64,000 bases of DNA from Pseudomonadota bacterium (GTDB lineage: Bacteria > Pseudomonadota > Gammaproteobacteria > Burkholderiales > Eutrophovitaceae). Shown here piece after piece: positions 39,290 to 50,937 of the stretch. Position 1 is the first letter of the stretch, and each line of letters begins with the position of its first letter. The position numbers were made by a program, and so were the translations under genes. The stretch is taken from NCBI GenBank assembly GCA_027624715.1, contig JAQBTV010000001.1, positions 203,752 through 267,751 of the forward strand. Reading direction: 5' to 3'. The notes under the pieces are model-generated. The model did no database searches. It was not told where the DNA came from and saw only the letters and a list, made by a program, of their open reading frames with translations.

Positions 39290-39291
39290 AT

Positions 39292-40005
39292 TTAGGATCC
39301 ATCCTTCCGACTAACGGTTGCATTAACTGCGAAACCATTCGTATATCTTAAATCGGCGTACTTAACAGGCTGTTTAAACCGCAGCTCAACATCTGGTAAA
39401 AACCTCATGAATCTCTCCAATCGAGACTCTACATTTTCTTTCCCAAAAGCAACCACAATCCCGCTAGAGAGACGACCATACCAAGACTGATGTTTTGTTA
39501 ACCGTAATCGATCGATCCTAACTGCATGCGGTTCCAGCATTGCCGACAGGCTTAAATACTTCCTTACAACGGCAATATGCTGCCCATCAGGCCCTTCGAG
39601 AATAGGTAACTTTGCATCCAATGCCCCCTCAAAAAGCTTACCCGAACCATCCAAAAGTCCACCACCTTCCCAACGTGCTATTGCATTCTTCTCTGTGACA
39701 AAAACTTCAATAGCATCCGGCCAAATTCTTTTAATTTGTACAGTATTAATCCAAGGCAAGCGCTCAAGCGAGTCTTTCGCCTCCCTTAAATTCAAATTAA
39801 AAAAACCACCCTTAAAACGTTTTGTGACAATTGATTCTAACTGTTCACGCGAAACATGATCGATATCACCAATGAAGTTGATACGACTTACCTGAAAAAA
39901 CTCTAAATTAACACCCGCATTAAAGACAGCTTGACAAAGATACAAGCACAAAAGGAGCAATAACCCATAGCTAATCTTGTTTAATGCTCTATAGTTATGC
40001 CACAT
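39292..40005 (-). CDS. ftsQ: cell division protein FtsQ
   Basis: 237 aa, bitopic, with a POTRA region (WPDAIEVFVTEKNAIARW). It lies between ddl and ftsA. Confidence 0.9.
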   Translation of the reverse strand: MWHNYRALNKISYGLLLLLCLYLCQAVFNAGVNLEFFQVSRINFIGDIDHVSREQLESIVTKRFKGGFFNLNLREAKDSLERLPWINTVQIKRIWPDAIEVFVTEKNAIARWEGGGLLDGSGKLFEGALDAKLPILEGPDGQHIAVVRKYLSLSAMLEPHAVRIDRLRLTKHQSWYGRLSSGIVVAFGKENVESRLERFMRFLPDVELRFKQPVKYADLRYTNGFAVNATVSRKDGS

Positions 40006-40918
40006 CGCAGCCCCTCAAGATTTCAAGAACTAATTGTTCAAAGGTTAGGCCGGATTCTAGCGCGGCCATAGGCACTAAACTATGTCCAGTCATTCCAGGA
40101 ACCGCATTGACCTCTAAAACCCAAGGCAATCCAGCTCGATCGAGCATCACGTCAACCCTGCCCCAACCCGAACAACCCAGAACCTCAAAAGCCCTCATCG
40201 CAATATTCTGTGTGTTACGGACAATACTGGGGTCCAATCCAGAAGGACAAAAATACTTCGTTTCCTCCGAATGGTATTTGGCTTGATAATCATAATTGTT
40301 ATTTAGAGCCACAATTCGAACTACAGGTAAAGGCTCTCCATTTAACACCGCTACCGTTAATTCATCACCATCTATAAATTGTTCAGCAATTACTGTGGCA
40401 TCATATTTTCTAGCTAGATCAAATGCCGCTTTAGCATCTTGTATTCGTGTGATCTTGGTGATACCAATCGTAGATCCTTCTCGAGACGGCTTTACCACTA
40501 ACGGTAGCCCCAAATCTACAATAACTGTCAATAACTCCTCAACCGTTCGCACCAATGAAAAACTTGGCGTAGGAACACCACAACCCTGAAATATCAGTTT
40601 AGATCGCCATTTATCCATTGCGAGCGCACACGCTGAAACGCGGCTACCCGAGTATGGGATATCTAAAGTCTTAAGTAATCCCTGGATGGCGCCATCCTCA
40701 CCGCCTCGTCCATGCAACATTATCATTGCTCTATCTATCTTTGAAGTCAGCAAATCTATGGCTCCATCCTGAGCCGTATCAATCAACTTCGCGTCGATGC
40801 TTTGACTGATTAAAGCTTCGTAAACAGCAGTTCCAGAATTAAGAGAAACCTCTCGCTCTGAAGAGCTACCGCCGCAGAGAACTCCCACTACCCCCATCGC
40901 CTTAGCGTTAATCAACAA
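39995..40918 (-). CDS. ddl: D-alanine--D-alanine ligase
   Basis: 307 aa. GGSSSEREVSLNSG, HGRGGEDG and LEVNAVPGMTGHSL are present. Confidence 0.97.
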   Translation of the reverse strand: MLINAKAMGVVGVLCGGSSSEREVSLNSGTAVYEALISQSIDAKLIDTAQDGAIDLLTSKIDRAMIMLHGRGGEDGAIQGLLKTLDIPYSGSRVSACALAMDKWRSKLIFQGCGVPTPSFSLVRTVEELLTVIVDLGLPLVVKPSREGSTIGITKITRIQDAKAAFDLARKYDATVIAEQFIDGDELTVAVLNGEPLPVVRIVALNNNYDYQAKYHSEETKYFCPSGLDPSIVRNTQNIAMRAFEVLGCSGWGRVDVMLDRAGLPWVLEVNAVPGMTGHSLVPMAALESGLTFEQLVLEILRGCDVA

Positions 40919-41808
40919 TGGTCTCCCATAATATGAACCTCTCTTTTCAATCGAATGCCTGATTTAAGTTCCACTTCAGATTGAACTTCAAAGATCAAAT
41001 CTTCAATGTTTTTCGCATTTGCCCCACCATTATTAATGATGAAATTAGCGTGCTTATCGGAGACTACAGCCGCGCCGTTAGAACGACCTTTTAACCCATT
41101 ACTTTCAATGAGTCTTGCTGCAAAATCTCCATCGGGATTCCTAAATACAGAGCCAGAGTTTGGTTTGCTCAATGGTTGCTCTCGAACTCTTCGCCTCAAA
41201 AGTTCGCTGATTCTAGCTCTAGACTTCTGGCCATCACCCGCGGTAAAGCTAAACCAAGCACCAATGAAAAACTCTTTTTCTTCAAACTTTGGACTGACCT
41301 TTCGATAACTCACTAAATAGTCTAAAGGGGTCCTTTCTTTTATCTCTCCATTCAGTGCGATAGTCCTCACTCGTTGAACGCAATCCCAAGTCTCTGAGCC
41401 ATAACAACCCGCGTTCATTGCCAACGCACCACCTACAGAGCCAGGAATACCAGCCATAAACTCTCCGCCCTCAAAACCCTTATTCGCGGAAAACCGAGCC
41501 AATTTGGGTAGCGCCACTCCTGAGCTAGCATAGAACAAAGCCTCTACTCCGTAACCCGAAATAGATAACTCGGAAAGTCCTCGATGCGTAAACACGACAA
41601 GCGCCGCAAGACCTCCATCACGAATAAGCAGATTACTTCCAAGCCCAACAAACACGATAGGCAGATCAGGAAAAGAATGCCGCCCAAGGAATAACGAAAG
41701 GTCCTCTTCAGACGAAGGCGCATAACCAAATCTTGCCGCCCCCCCAGCTCGCCAAGCGGTCTGCCGACTCATTGGTATATTCTCTAATAATGTCGCCTGA
41801 GGATTCAT
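40912..41808 (-). CDS. murB: UDP-N-acetylenolpyruvoylglucosamine reductase
   Basis: 298 aa. GLGSNLL, GIPGSVGGALAMNAGCYG, SGSVFRNP and HANFIIN are present. Confidence 0.96.
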   Translation of the reverse strand: MNPQATLLENIPMSRQTAWRAGGAARFGYAPSSEEDLSLFLGRHSFPDLPIVFVGLGSNLLIRDGGLAALVVFTHRGLSELSISGYGVEALFYASSGVALPKLARFSANKGFEGGEFMAGIPGSVGGALAMNAGCYGSETWDCVQRVRTIALNGEIKERTPLDYLVSYRKVSPKFEEKEFFIGAWFSFTAGDGQKSRARISELLRRRVREQPLSKPNSGSVFRNPDGDFAARLIESNGLKGRSNGAAVVSDKHANFIINNGGANAKNIEDLIFEVQSEVELKSGIRLKREVHIMGDHC

Positions 41809-41817
41809 ATCTAGAGT

Positions 41818-43245
41818 CTAGGTCTCGCTCCGTTGGACACATTTTAACCGTTCGCTATTAGCCACTATACTTGCAGCAAGAGAACCAATCGTACCCGCAC
41901 CCATAGTGATAACAAGGTCGCCATCTTCAACTAACTCTACGAGCAGCTGACCAGCATCCTCAACGCCCGGAACACAAACCGGATTCAAGTCGGAAAACAT
42001 TCTGATCGACCTGGCAATTCCAGAACTATCGACTCCAACAATAGGAAGCTCACCCGCAGCATAGATATCGGTAAGAATCAGCACGTCAGCTTTACTCAAC
42101 ACTCTGACAAAGTCGTCAAAGCAGTCCCTAGTGCGCGTATATCGATGCGGTTGGAACACGAGCACCAACCGATTGTTCGGATAAGCCTCTCGGATTGCTG
42201 CCAACGTAGGCTCAACCTCGTTCGGATGATGACCATAATCATCATATAGCGTCACCTCCTTCTCGTTGATTGTGAGGCTACCATAGCTCTCCATCCTCCG
42301 CCCGACGCCTTGAAATGACTCCAGCGCAAGACAAATAACATCATCACTAACACCCAACTCTGTCGCCAGAGCAATTGCAGCAAGGCTGTTCAGTACGTTA
42401 TGATGACCCAAACAGTTCAAACGAATCTTCAGTGGGGGGTAAAGTTTAGGCCCTAAATTTCGCTCAACCGTAAAACACATTTTTCCGTCTACTCGCTTAG
42501 GCACGCCAGACCTGATTTGCGCCTCTCTATCAAAACCGTAGGTGATGAAATGCCTAGATAAACCGGGCAAGATCTCTTTAATACCAGGATCATCTAGGCA
42601 TAACACAGCAGTTCCGTAAAACGGAATACGGGAAATAAAATCCAAGAACGCTTGTTTGAGACGCTCATAATCATGGTCGTATGCCTCAAGATGATCACGA
42701 TCAATATTTGTCACAACACAAATTACTGGCTGCAGGAGCAGGAATGATGCATCAGATTCATCAGCCTCAACAACAATAAAATCACCCTCACCTAAGCGTG
42801 CATTAGTTCCTGCAGACGCAAGTCGACCACCGATAACATAAGTTGGATCCATACCTGACTCTGCCAAAACACTTGCCACCAAGCTTGTAGTCGTCGTCTT
42901 GCCATGAGTGCCTGCGATGGCAATGCCTTGCTTGAATCGCATCAATTCCGCGAGCATCATCGCCCTTGGGACGACGGGGATTCTTCTGCGCTTTGCCTCG
43001 ATAACCTCAGGGTTTTGGGTATCAATGGCTGAAGATGTAACTAAAACATCTACATTACTCACATTCTCAAGACTGTGCCCAATGACGATCACAATGCCCA
43101 AGGCTCTTAATCGTATTACAGCGGGTGATTCTCGTAAATCAGATCCAGATACTACATAGCCGAGATTAGATAAAACTTCAGCAATCCCGCTCATCCCGAC
43201 ACCACCGATGCCCACAAAGTGTATCGACTTGACCTTATATTTCAC
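41818..43245 (-). CDS. murC: UDP-N-acetylmuramate--L-alanine ligase
   Basis: 475 aa. [28 protein letters not shown] and DDYGHHP are present. Confidence 0.98.
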   Translation of the reverse strand: MKYKVKSIHFVGIGGVGMSGIAEVLSNLGYVVSGSDLRESPAVIRLRALGIVIVIGHSLENVSNVDVLVTSSAIDTQNPEVIEAKRRRIPVVPRAMMLAELMRFKQGIAIAGTHGKTTTTSLVASVLAESGMDPTYVIGGRLASAGTNARLGEGDFIVVEADESDASFLLLQPVICVVTNIDRDHLEAYDHDYERLKQAFLDFISRIPFYGTAVLCLDDPGIKEILPGLSRHFITYGFDREAQIRSGVPKRVDGKMCFTVERNLGPKLYPPLKIRLNCLGHHNVLNSLAAIALATELGVSDDVICLALESFQGVGRRMESYGSLTINEKEVTLYDDYGHHPNEVEPTLAAIREAYPNNRLVLVFQPHRYTRTRDCFDDFVRVLSKADVLILTDIYAAGELPIVGVDSSGIARSIRMFSDLNPVCVPGVEDAGQLLVELVEDGDLVITMGAGTIGSLAASIVANSERLKCVQRSET

Positions 43246-44303
43246 AGAACTAAATCCTCTATGTGTTGCCCTACGGAAGTTGATGCCCCCTGCTCGCTCC
43301 CCATTCTGGCCTTTACCCCCATCATCATGAGTTCGGTGCGATTGAGCTTCACTAAGTATCTGGCCAATAAATCTGGAGAAATTGTAGCCTCATCAATGAT
43401 AATCGCAGCCCCAAGTTTTTCCAAAAACTCACTATTCTTTGTTTGATGGTCATCGACAGCAAACGGATAAGGCACAAGGATACTAGCGACCCCGACAGCA
43501 GAGATCTCAGAAACCGATAACGCTCCGGCACGCGAGATGACTAAGTCCGCTTGTGAATAAGCGAAAGGCATATCTTCTATGAACTCAGACAAAGTAGCTT
43601 CAACCCCTAATTGATCGTATAACTTTTGTAGTTCCGTCAAATTGGACCGTCCCACCTGATGAACAACGTGTGGTCGATTGTCTTTGTCCATCTGAGAAAT
43701 CGTAACTGGCAGGGTTTCATTGAGCTTTTTAGCCCCTAAACTACCTCCAACAACAAGGATCCTTAAGCGCCCTTCTCGCTCGCCATATCGAATCTCTGGA
43801 GGTCGGATATTTTCGAACCCCAGCCTCAATGGGTTGCCGACGTAAACACCTCTTCCAAGTGATCCCGGAAAACCAAGCAATACTTTTGTGCTGATTTTAG
43901 CAAGCAGTCGATTCGCTAGCCCAGGGATCGCATTCTGCTCATGGATGACTAGCGGACAACGGTTAAGAAAAGCGGCAATACCGCCAGGAACGCTGATGTA
44001 TCCACCAAACCCAACGACTACGTCAGGTTTAATTTTTCTAAAAAATCGGATGACCTCTGCACAGGCAAATATCAAGTTTACCGGAAGGAACAGCCAGCGC
44101 AGAATGCCATTCCTTCTTAGCCCAGAAAACTTAATAAATAGCATTCTAGAAGGAGCTAGTTTGACTAATTGTTTTTCCAATCCTCTCGTACCACCAAGCC
44201 AAAAAATATCCCAATTTCTCTTTTCAAGATACTCGGCAACCGCAAGAGCAGGGAACACATGTCCGCCGGTGCCTCCTGCCATTATTAGAGCCCGTTTACT
44301 CAA
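43242..44303 (-). CDS. murG: undecaprenyldiphospho-muramoylpentapeptide beta-N-acetylglucosaminyltransferase
   Basis: 353 aa. [26 protein letters not shown] and [11 protein letters not shown] are present. Confidence 0.98.
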   Translation of the reverse strand: MSKRALIMAGGTGGHVFPALAVAEYLEKRNWDIFWLGGTRGLEKQLVKLAPSRMLFIKFSGLRRNGILRWLFLPVNLIFACAEVIRFFRKIKPDVVVGFGGYISVPGGIAAFLNRCPLVIHEQNAIPGLANRLLAKISTKVLLGFPGSLGRGVYVGNPLRLGFENIRPPEIRYGEREGRLRILVVGGSLGAKKLNETLPVTISQMDKDNRPHVVHQVGRSNLTELQKLYDQLGVEATLSEFIEDMPFAYSQADLVISRAGALSVSEISAVGVASILVPYPFAVDDHQTKNSEFLEKLGAAIIIDEATISPDLLARYLVKLNRTELMMMGVKARMGSEQGASTSVGQHIEDLVL

Positions 44304-45478
44304 AGGTTTACTCCTCTCATGAGGGCCCGATTTTCATACGCAATTCTGAAGATCACTCCGATCGCTAAGCAATTCATCATTAAACCACTACCTCCGAACG
44401 ATAATAGCGGCAAAGTAATGCCCTTTGTTGGGAGTGCGCCAAGATTAACACCCATATTAATCAGAGCCTGAAGACCAAACCAAATAGCTATACCTTGCGC
44501 GACTAAAGCAGAAAAATACCGCTCTAAACGAGCAGCCTGATTACCGATCACAATCATTCTTAGGATTAACCATCCAAAAGCCGCCACAGTTACTGCTACC
44601 CCAACAAAACCCAGTTCCTCACCGATTATCGCAAGAATAAAATCCGTGTGAGGATCAGGCAAGTAATATAACTTATGAATACTGTGACCGAGGCCCGCAC
44701 CGAAGAACCCCCCTTCTGCAAACGCCATAAGTGAATTACAGAGTTGATAACCAGCTTTATAGGGATCGTTGACGCAAGGATTTATAAATCCAAAAACACG
44801 CGCCGTACGATATTCCGACATAATAATCAAACCGACAAATGCTACACACAAAAGCAACCCCAAAACTGCAAACAACTTCCAGTTCATTCCTCCGAGAAAA
44901 AGCACACCCATCGCAATCGCAGTAATCACCACCAACGCACCGAAATCCGGCTCTCGCATAAGGAGAAATCCTGTTAAAACCATCACACCAAACAAGGGTA
45001 AAAAACCACGTTTAAAACTAGACATATGCACACCCTTCCTGATTGTGTAATCCGCCGCATAAATTACTACAGCTAATTTCATCAATTCAGAAGGCTGGAA
45101 ACTAAAGCCCGCAAAACGAAACCAACGACTGCTACCTTTTACCTCATGACCTATCCAGGGAATGAGTACGAGAAGAAGCATGACGACACCTATTACAAAC
45201 AAAACTGGCGCTATCCCCTCCCAATATCTCAATGGAATTTGCGTCGCCATAAGAGCTAACATCACTCCAACAGCCAATGAGAATATATGTCGAATAAGAA
45301 ATCTATATGGGCTTCCGCCAACCAAAACAGAGTTATCAGCAATGGCTATAGATGAGGAATACACCATGACAACCCCCAAGCCAAGCAACCCTGCCGTTAC
45401 CCAAAACAAAACTAAATCAAAATCATAAGACATGCTCTTTTGAGTTTTTTTTGACCAATTCACCAAATCAAACAACAT
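44300..45478 (-). CDS. ftsW: peptidoglycan glycosyltransferase / cell division protein FtsW
   Basis: 392 aa, SEDS family (FQPSELMKL, PDPHTDFI, LPTKGITLPLLSFGGS). It lies between murD and murG. Confidence 0.96.
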   Translation of the reverse strand: MLFDLVNWSKKTQKSMSYDFDLVLFWVTAGLLGLGVVMVYSSSIAIADNSVLVGGSPYRFLIRHIFSLAVGVMLALMATQIPLRYWEGIAPVLFVIGVVMLLLVLIPWIGHEVKGSSRWFRFAGFSFQPSELMKLAVVIYAADYTIRKGVHMSSFKRGFLPLFGVMVLTGFLLMREPDFGALVVITAIAMGVLFLGGMNWKLFAVLGLLLCVAFVGLIIMSEYRTARVFGFINPCVNDPYKAGYQLCNSLMAFAEGGFFGAGLGHSIHKLYYLPDPHTDFILAIIGEELGFVGVAVTVAAFGWLILRMIVIGNQAARLERYFSALVAQGIAIWFGLQALINMGVNLGALPTKGITLPLLSFGGSGLMMNCLAIGVIFRIAYENRALMRGVNL

Positions 45479-46887
45479 TAACTCAAGCTCCTGACTGCAT
45501 GCACAAACATGTCCCCACGATGCGCATAACTTTCAAACATATCAAAACTTGCACACCCTGGGGATAATAAAACAATATCTCCGGCTTCAGCCATTTCAGC
45601 CGAGAGTCGAACTGCATCCATCATGGTTGCCGCATCGAAGATTTGCGCACCAGCGTCCCTTAACGCATGCTTAATCAAATGCGCATCTTTACCCATTAAA
45701 ACAACCGCTCTTGTTTTTTTGCAAACAGCCTCAACCAAGGGGGCAAAATTTTGTTTTTTCGAATCTCCGCCAAGAATTAGAACACAAGGCGCTGACAAAC
45801 CAGAAATCGCAGCCAACGTGGCCCCTATGTTTGTAGCCTTTGAGTCATTGTAAAAGCGAACTCCTCCCACATCGGCAACCCACTGCATGCGATGATCCAA
45901 GCCTTCATAAGAAAGTAGTCCGCTCGCCAGACCCTCACGTCGAGGCAAAACCGTACTCGACAAGGCTAGAGCAGCCAACGCATTACTTACGTTATGAGAT
46001 CCAGACACTTTCAGTCTGTCAGCTCGGCAAATCTTCTGCGCCCCACACACCAACCACTGATCCCCGTCAACCTGATCAACTCCCCAATCTCGATCACAAT
46101 TAGGACGACTTAATCCAAATGTAACACTTGAATCCGACATCGGAACCGCACCAAAAACAATAGGATCATCGCGATTAACTACTCTCACTCCAGAACCTGA
46201 ATATATGCGATATTTTGAAGCGGTATACGCCTCAAAATCCGGATAGCGATCCAAATGATCCTCAGAAATATTAAGCACGACCACAGCATCAAATACGAAT
46301 GAACACATCGTATCAATCTGAAAACTAGATATCTCCATTACAAAAACATCAGGAAGCGCCCTATCCCCTTTGACTACTTGTGTCAAAACATCAAGAACAG
46401 GGAGGCCAATATTTCCAACCGCAACCGCATCAAGACCGCACGACTGGAGAATTCGCTCTACCATGCGGGTTACGGTACTTTTTCCATTAGTTCCTGTAAT
46501 TGCGATCACTTTGGCTTTAAACCGACTGATATTCTCGCGGATAAAAATTTCAATATCTCCAATTACTGGTATCGCTGCATTTTTAAGTCTCTCCAGAGGA
46601 AGCGTCTCCGTTGGCACTCCAGGGCTAACAACAACCAAATCGATATCTGCAAAAAGCTGGTCTGAAAATGGCCCAGTTCGAAGAGTAATTTCGGGAAAAT
46701 CTCTTTTCAAAAGACAAACACCTGGAGCATTGTCTCGGGAGTCTGCAAGTACAACTATGACTCCCTTTGAAATCAACCAACGCACGACCGACACACCTGT
46801 GGCCCCAGATCCTAGAACAAGGGCAACTTTGTCCTTAAGTGAGGAAAACACGTCCTTACTCAATTGATCAACGGGTCGACTCATCAT
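45478..46887 (-). CDS. murD: UDP-N-acetylmuramoylalanine--D-glutamate ligase
   Basis: 469 aa. ITGTNGKSTV, YNDSKATN and SPGCASFDMF are present. Confidence 0.97.
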   Translation of the reverse strand: MMSRPVDQLSKDVFSSLKDKVALVLGSGATGVSVVRWLISKGVIVVLADSRDNAPGVCLLKRDFPEITLRTGPFSDQLFADIDLVVVSPGVPTETLPLERLKNAAIPVIGDIEIFIRENISRFKAKVIAITGTNGKSTVTRMVERILQSCGLDAVAVGNIGLPVLDVLTQVVKGDRALPDVFVMEISSFQIDTMCSFVFDAVVVLNISEDHLDRYPDFEAYTASKYRIYSGSGVRVVNRDDPIVFGAVPMSDSSVTFGLSRPNCDRDWGVDQVDGDQWLVCGAQKICRADRLKVSGSHNVSNALAALALSSTVLPRREGLASGLLSYEGLDHRMQWVADVGGVRFYNDSKATNIGATLAAISGLSAPCVLILGGDSKKQNFAPLVEAVCKKTRAVVLMGKDAHLIKHALRDAGAQIFDAATMMDAVRLSAEMAEAGDIVLLSPGCASFDMFESYAHRGDMFVHAVRSLS

Positions 46888-46909
46888 ATGCCTAAAAATC
46901 CAACAATTC

Positions 46910-47995
46910 CTATCTTAACTTCAACGTTGAAAGTCCAATCAATATCAACATCATCGTGATAATCCAAAAACGAACAACTACTTGATTCTCCTTCCAGCCT
47001 TTGAGCTCAAAGTGATGATGCAGGGGTGCCATGCGGAAAACTCTTCGACCTGTTAATTTGAAAGAGACCACTTGAATCACCACAGACAGAGTTTCTACAA
47101 CGAACACTCCACCCATAATGAACAAAACAATTTCTTGTCTTACAATCACTGCCACAACACCAAGAGCGGCACCAATTGCTAACGCTCCAACATCCCCCAT
47201 AAATACCTCTGCGGGGTAGGCATTGAACCAGAGAAACGCTAAGCCGGATCCTGCCAGAGCCGCACAAAAAATTGCTAACTCTCCCGTCCCGGGAATATAT
47301 GGAAAACCAAGATAGCGTGAGAAATCCGCATGACCGACAATGTAAGCAAAAATTGCAAGCGCACTTGCGATCATTACGGCAGGCATGATCGCAAGGCCAT
47401 CGAGTCCATCTGTCAAATTAACAGCATTACTGCTGCCTACAATGACTAAAAGGCTCAGAACAATAAAGCCCAATGTACCCAGGGGAATCGCAACATTTTT
47501 CAAAAAAGGCAATATTAAAGTTGTTTGCATACCAAGCTCTGTAGCATTCGCTAAATACAGCGCAGCGATCAGAGCCACGGCCGACTGATAGGCAAACTTA
47601 TTCAGTGCAGAAAGACCATAGGGACTTCGCAGCACAACCTTTCGGTAGTCATCAATCAAGCCAATGATTCCAAAAGAAACTGTCACGAGCAAAACCACCC
47701 ATACCCATTGGTTAGTCAAATCCGCCCAAAGAAGCGTCGTGATGGCTATAGCGACCAATATGAGGGCTCCTCCCATGGTAGGTGTCCCCGTTTTAACTTC
47801 GTGAGTTATAGGGCCATCGATCCTAATCGTTTGGCCAATCTTATAATCCGTCAACTTTTTGATCATTCGTGGACCTACAATGAATGAGATCACTAGCGCT
47901 GTTAGCGCCGCCATGATCGACCGTAACGTGATATAGGAAAAAACGTTGAAGATACTAGAGTATCTTTCTAGGTATAGCGCTAAAAATAATAACAC
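46910..47995 (-). CDS. mraY: phospho-N-acetylmuramoyl-pentapeptide transferase
   Basis: 361 aa. [32 protein letters not shown] and [12 protein letters not shown] are present. Confidence 0.98.
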   Translation of the reverse strand: MLLFLALYLERYSSIFNVFSYITLRSIMAALTALVISFIVGPRMIKKLTDYKIGQTIRIDGPITHEVKTGTPTMGGALILVAIAITTLLWADLTNQWVWVVLLVTVSFGIIGLIDDYRKVVLRSPYGLSALNKFAYQSAVALIAALYLANATELGMQTTLILPFLKNVAIPLGTLGFIVLSLLVIVGSSNAVNLTDGLDGLAIMPAVMIASALAIFAYIVGHADFSRYLGFPYIPGTGELAIFCAALAGSGLAFLWFNAYPAEVFMGDVGALAIGAALGVVAVIVRQEIVLFIMGGVFVVETLSVVIQVVSFKLTGRRVFRMAPLHHHFELKGWKENQVVVRFWIITMMLILIGLSTLKLR

Positions 47996-48005
47996 TCAAT
48001 TTCCT

Positions 48006-49385
48006 TTAATGATTCATCTGATCGACAGCTAATGCGTCACAAAAAAATTCCATTTTCATAAATCGAGAACCCTTTACCAAAACAGATGACCGGCCATCTA
48101 ACTCAGACCTCAACTGAATCAATAAAGCGTCCCGAGATTCGTGATGAACGCCGCCCACACCAAAACTTATAACGGCCTTTTTTGAAAGTTCGCCGATACT
48201 GAGGAGAACATTGATACCTAGACTTTTCGCAAATTCACCAACTTGGTGGTGCAAAGCAGGTCCGAATTCCCCGAGCTCACCCATATCTCCTAGTACAACA
48301 ATTTTTTTTCCGGACTCCGTTGCTAAATGTTCCAATGCGCGACAAACCGAATCAAAGTTCGCGTTATAGGTATCGTTGATAAGGATGTCGCCTGAATTCA
48401 ACCGGGTTGTCTCGAGCCGACCCTTAACCCCCCCAAAAGACTCCAGCCCAATTTTGATCGACGAGTCAGAAACGCCCAAAGCAATCGCAGTAGCCGCTGC
48501 GGCAAGCGAATTTAAGACATTGTGCTTACCGCGAACATGCCAATTAACATCAATGACACGTCCGTCATATTGAATTTGCAAAACACTGTGCCCAGAGGAC
48601 TGATACAACTTTCCGCACAAAAGAGAATTAGCCGTTTCACCAAAAGTAATGACAGAGCCACGTTGATACTGCCCGATCAGATAGTCAGCATACTGACCAT
48701 CAGCCTCCACAATGAGCACCCCACCATCAGACAGCCCTACGATAACCTCTGATTTCGCCTCAGCAATAGCATCCTGCGAACCAAGCTCACCGATGTGAGC
48801 AGTTCCAATATTAGTAATAACTGCCACATCAGGCCGTACGATATTTGTTAAACGCTCTAATTCCCCTAGGTGATTCATCCCCATTTCAACCACGGCAAAT
48901 GCATGGCCACTATTTAGCTCTAAAAGAGTGTGGGGCACACCAATTTCATTATTGAAATTCCCCTTAGTTGCAAGAACTTTATCCGGATCAACCTGCACGC
49001 GGAGAATATCAGCGATCATCTCTTTGACCGTCGTTTTCCCATTACTACCGGTGACGCCAACGACCTTGATGTGTTCGCTAAATTTATCTCTCCACCAACG
49101 AGACAACGCCCATAAACCCTGACGAGTGTCCTCGGTAATGATGCAGGCTTCTGAGCCCTGCAATACATACTGACAGGAATCTTGCGACACCATGCACGCT
49201 GAAGCTCCTTGATTGAAAGCTTCTTTAACGAAATCATGACCATCAAAATTGGGGCCTTTTAATGCAACATATAAGTCACCTTTTCTAATAGCACGGCTAT
49301 CAGTAGAAACTCTCAATACTGCAGCTGAGGGATCACCTATGAGATGAGTTCCAGTATCCCTAGCGTAGTCACTGACCTTAAACAC
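48006..49385 (-). CDS. murF: UDP-N-acetylmuramoyl-tripeptide--D-alanyl-D-alanine ligase
   Basis: 459 aa. GVTGSNGKTTVKEM, INDTYNAN and LVKGSRFMKME are present. Confidence 0.97.
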   Translation of the reverse strand: MFKVSDYARDTGTHLIGDPSAAVLRVSTDSRAIRKGDLYVALKGPNFDGHDFVKEAFNQGASACMVSQDSCQYVLQGSEACIITEDTRQGLWALSRWWRDKFSEHIKVVGVTGSNGKTTVKEMIADILRVQVDPDKVLATKGNFNNEIGVPHTLLELNSGHAFAVVEMGMNHLGELERLTNIVRPDVAVITNIGTAHIGELGSQDAIAEAKSEVIVGLSDGGVLIVEADGQYADYLIGQYQRGSVITFGETANSLLCGKLYQSSGHSVLQIQYDGRVIDVNWHVRGKHNVLNSLAAAATAIALGVSDSSIKIGLESFGGVKGRLETTRLNSGDILINDTYNANFDSVCRALEHLATESGKKIVVLGDMGELGEFGPALHHQVGEFAKSLGINVLLSIGELSKKAVISFGVGGVHHESRDALLIQLRSELDGRSSVLVKGSRFMKMEFFCDALAVDQMNH

Positions 49386-50937
49386 TCAAGGAATCCTGCA
49401 ACGTATTAGGCCTAGGCCATAATGTGTTCAAGCACTCTTCAGCGACAAGATGATCACTAAAAGGAATCTTATTGCCAGAAATCTCTTGAAATGTTTCATG
49501 ACCCTTTCCAGCAATAAGCACAACGTCTACCTCATTTGATAGTTCAATTGCGCGACTAATCGCAACCCGGCGATCCAACTCAACGATAAATTGGCCCTCT
49601 CTACCACAAATTATTTGGTCACAAATCTCTTCGGGCGTTTCGTCACGAGGATTATCGGTCGTCAATATGGCGATGTCAGAAAACTCCAGTACGGCATCTC
49701 CCATTCCGGGTCTTTTATCCTTATCTCTATCGCCCCCCGCACCAAAAACAGTAATCACACGCGCATCGGCTCGAATCAATGCTCTCAAGGTACTAAGCAC
49801 TCTTCGTAACGCATCAGGTGTATGGGCATAGTCAACGTATACAAATCGATCGCATCCTTGCCCAACTCGCTGCAATCGACCTTCAGGATGCTTTAAGCCG
49901 CCGATAGCGTCACACACGCGATCAAAGCTCTCGCCTGAACACACAAGAGCTCCCAATACTGCCAGTAGATTACTGATATTAAACGCGCCAATGATGGAAG
50001 ACTCTATCGCTCTTGAACCCCATAGGGTCTCTACATAAAACGATGACCCTTGGAGGCTCATTTTCAGGTTAGTAGCATGTATATCGGCCTTCGCACTCAG
50101 ACAGCTGTATGTGACCACACCCTTATCATGGCGTCTGAGTGTGTTTGCCAGAAGCATACCAAAATCGTCATCAATATTAATAACGGCATGCGTTACACTA
50201 CTGCACATAAACAATTGCGCTTTGGCCTTTGCATAATTCTCTAAGGTACCGTGGTAGTCGAGGTGATCATGAGATAAGTTGGTAAAAAGCGCGGTATCAA
50301 TCTTTGTCCCATCAAGTCTATTTTGTGTCAAGGCATGAGATGAGGCCTCTATGGCGACGCAAGATACGCCCATTGCGCGAAGCTCACGAAAAGTACGCTG
50401 CATTGAAATAGCATCCGGCGTTGTCCGAACTTGATGAAGACCCGACTCAACCTTTTTGTTTAAAACTCTAGAGCCAAGCGTTCCTATACATGCGCTCTGA
50501 CGCCCTAACAAAAATAATGCCTCAGCAAGCCAATTAGCGCAGGAAGTTTTTCCATTTGTGCCTGTCACACCAAAAATGTGGAGATCAGATGTTGGGTCGC
50601 CAAAAAAATTTGCCGCAAATTGACCCATCAACCCTCTGACATTCCTCCACTCGAGATTCGGTACTTTAAGGTTTGAATTCCAAATCCATCCGTCCTGCTC
50701 CCAAACGACCACCGAACAACCTTGTTTTATAGCCTCGGCTATGTGGATGCGTCCGTCTTGATTAGAACCAGGGTAGGCGAAAAAAAGATCTCCCATTTGG
50801 GTTGATCGACTGTCATTTGACAATCCTAATGGCACAACACCAAGCTTATGTAGTCGTTGCCTAAACTCGTCGTATTGATGATTGGGTAGTGCGGATAATC
50901 CAGATTGAACAAAGCGCTCAAAGGAAGATACGTTCAT
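49378..50937 (-). CDS. murE: UDP-N-acetylmuramoyl-L-alanyl-D-glutamate--2,6-diaminopimelate ligase
   Basis: 519 aa. GVTGTNGKTS, VDYAHTPDAL, GAGGDRDKDKRPGMG and the DNPR motif are present. Confidence 0.97.
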   Translation of the reverse strand: MNVSSFERFVQSGLSALPNHQYDEFRQRLHKLGVVPLGLSNDSRSTQMGDLFFAYPGSNQDGRIHIAEAIKQGCSVVVWEQDGWIWNSNLKVPNLEWRNVRGLMGQFAANFFGDPTSDLHIFGVTGTNGKTSCANWLAEALFLLGRQSACIGTLGSRVLNKKVESGLHQVRTTPDAISMQRTFRELRAMGVSCVAIEASSHALTQNRLDGTKIDTALFTNLSHDHLDYHGTLENYAKAKAQLFMCSSVTHAVINIDDDFGMLLANTLRRHDKGVVTYSCLSAKADIHATNLKMSLQGSSFYVETLWGSRAIESSIIGAFNISNLLAVLGALVCSGESFDRVCDAIGGLKHPEGRLQRVGQGCDRFVYVDYAHTPDALRRVLSTLRALIRADARVITVFGAGGDRDKDKRPGMGDAVLEFSDIAILTTDNPRDETPEEICDQIICGREGQFIVELDRRVAISRAIELSNEVDVVLIAGKGHETFQEISGNKIPFSDHLVAEECLNTLWPRPNTLQDSLSV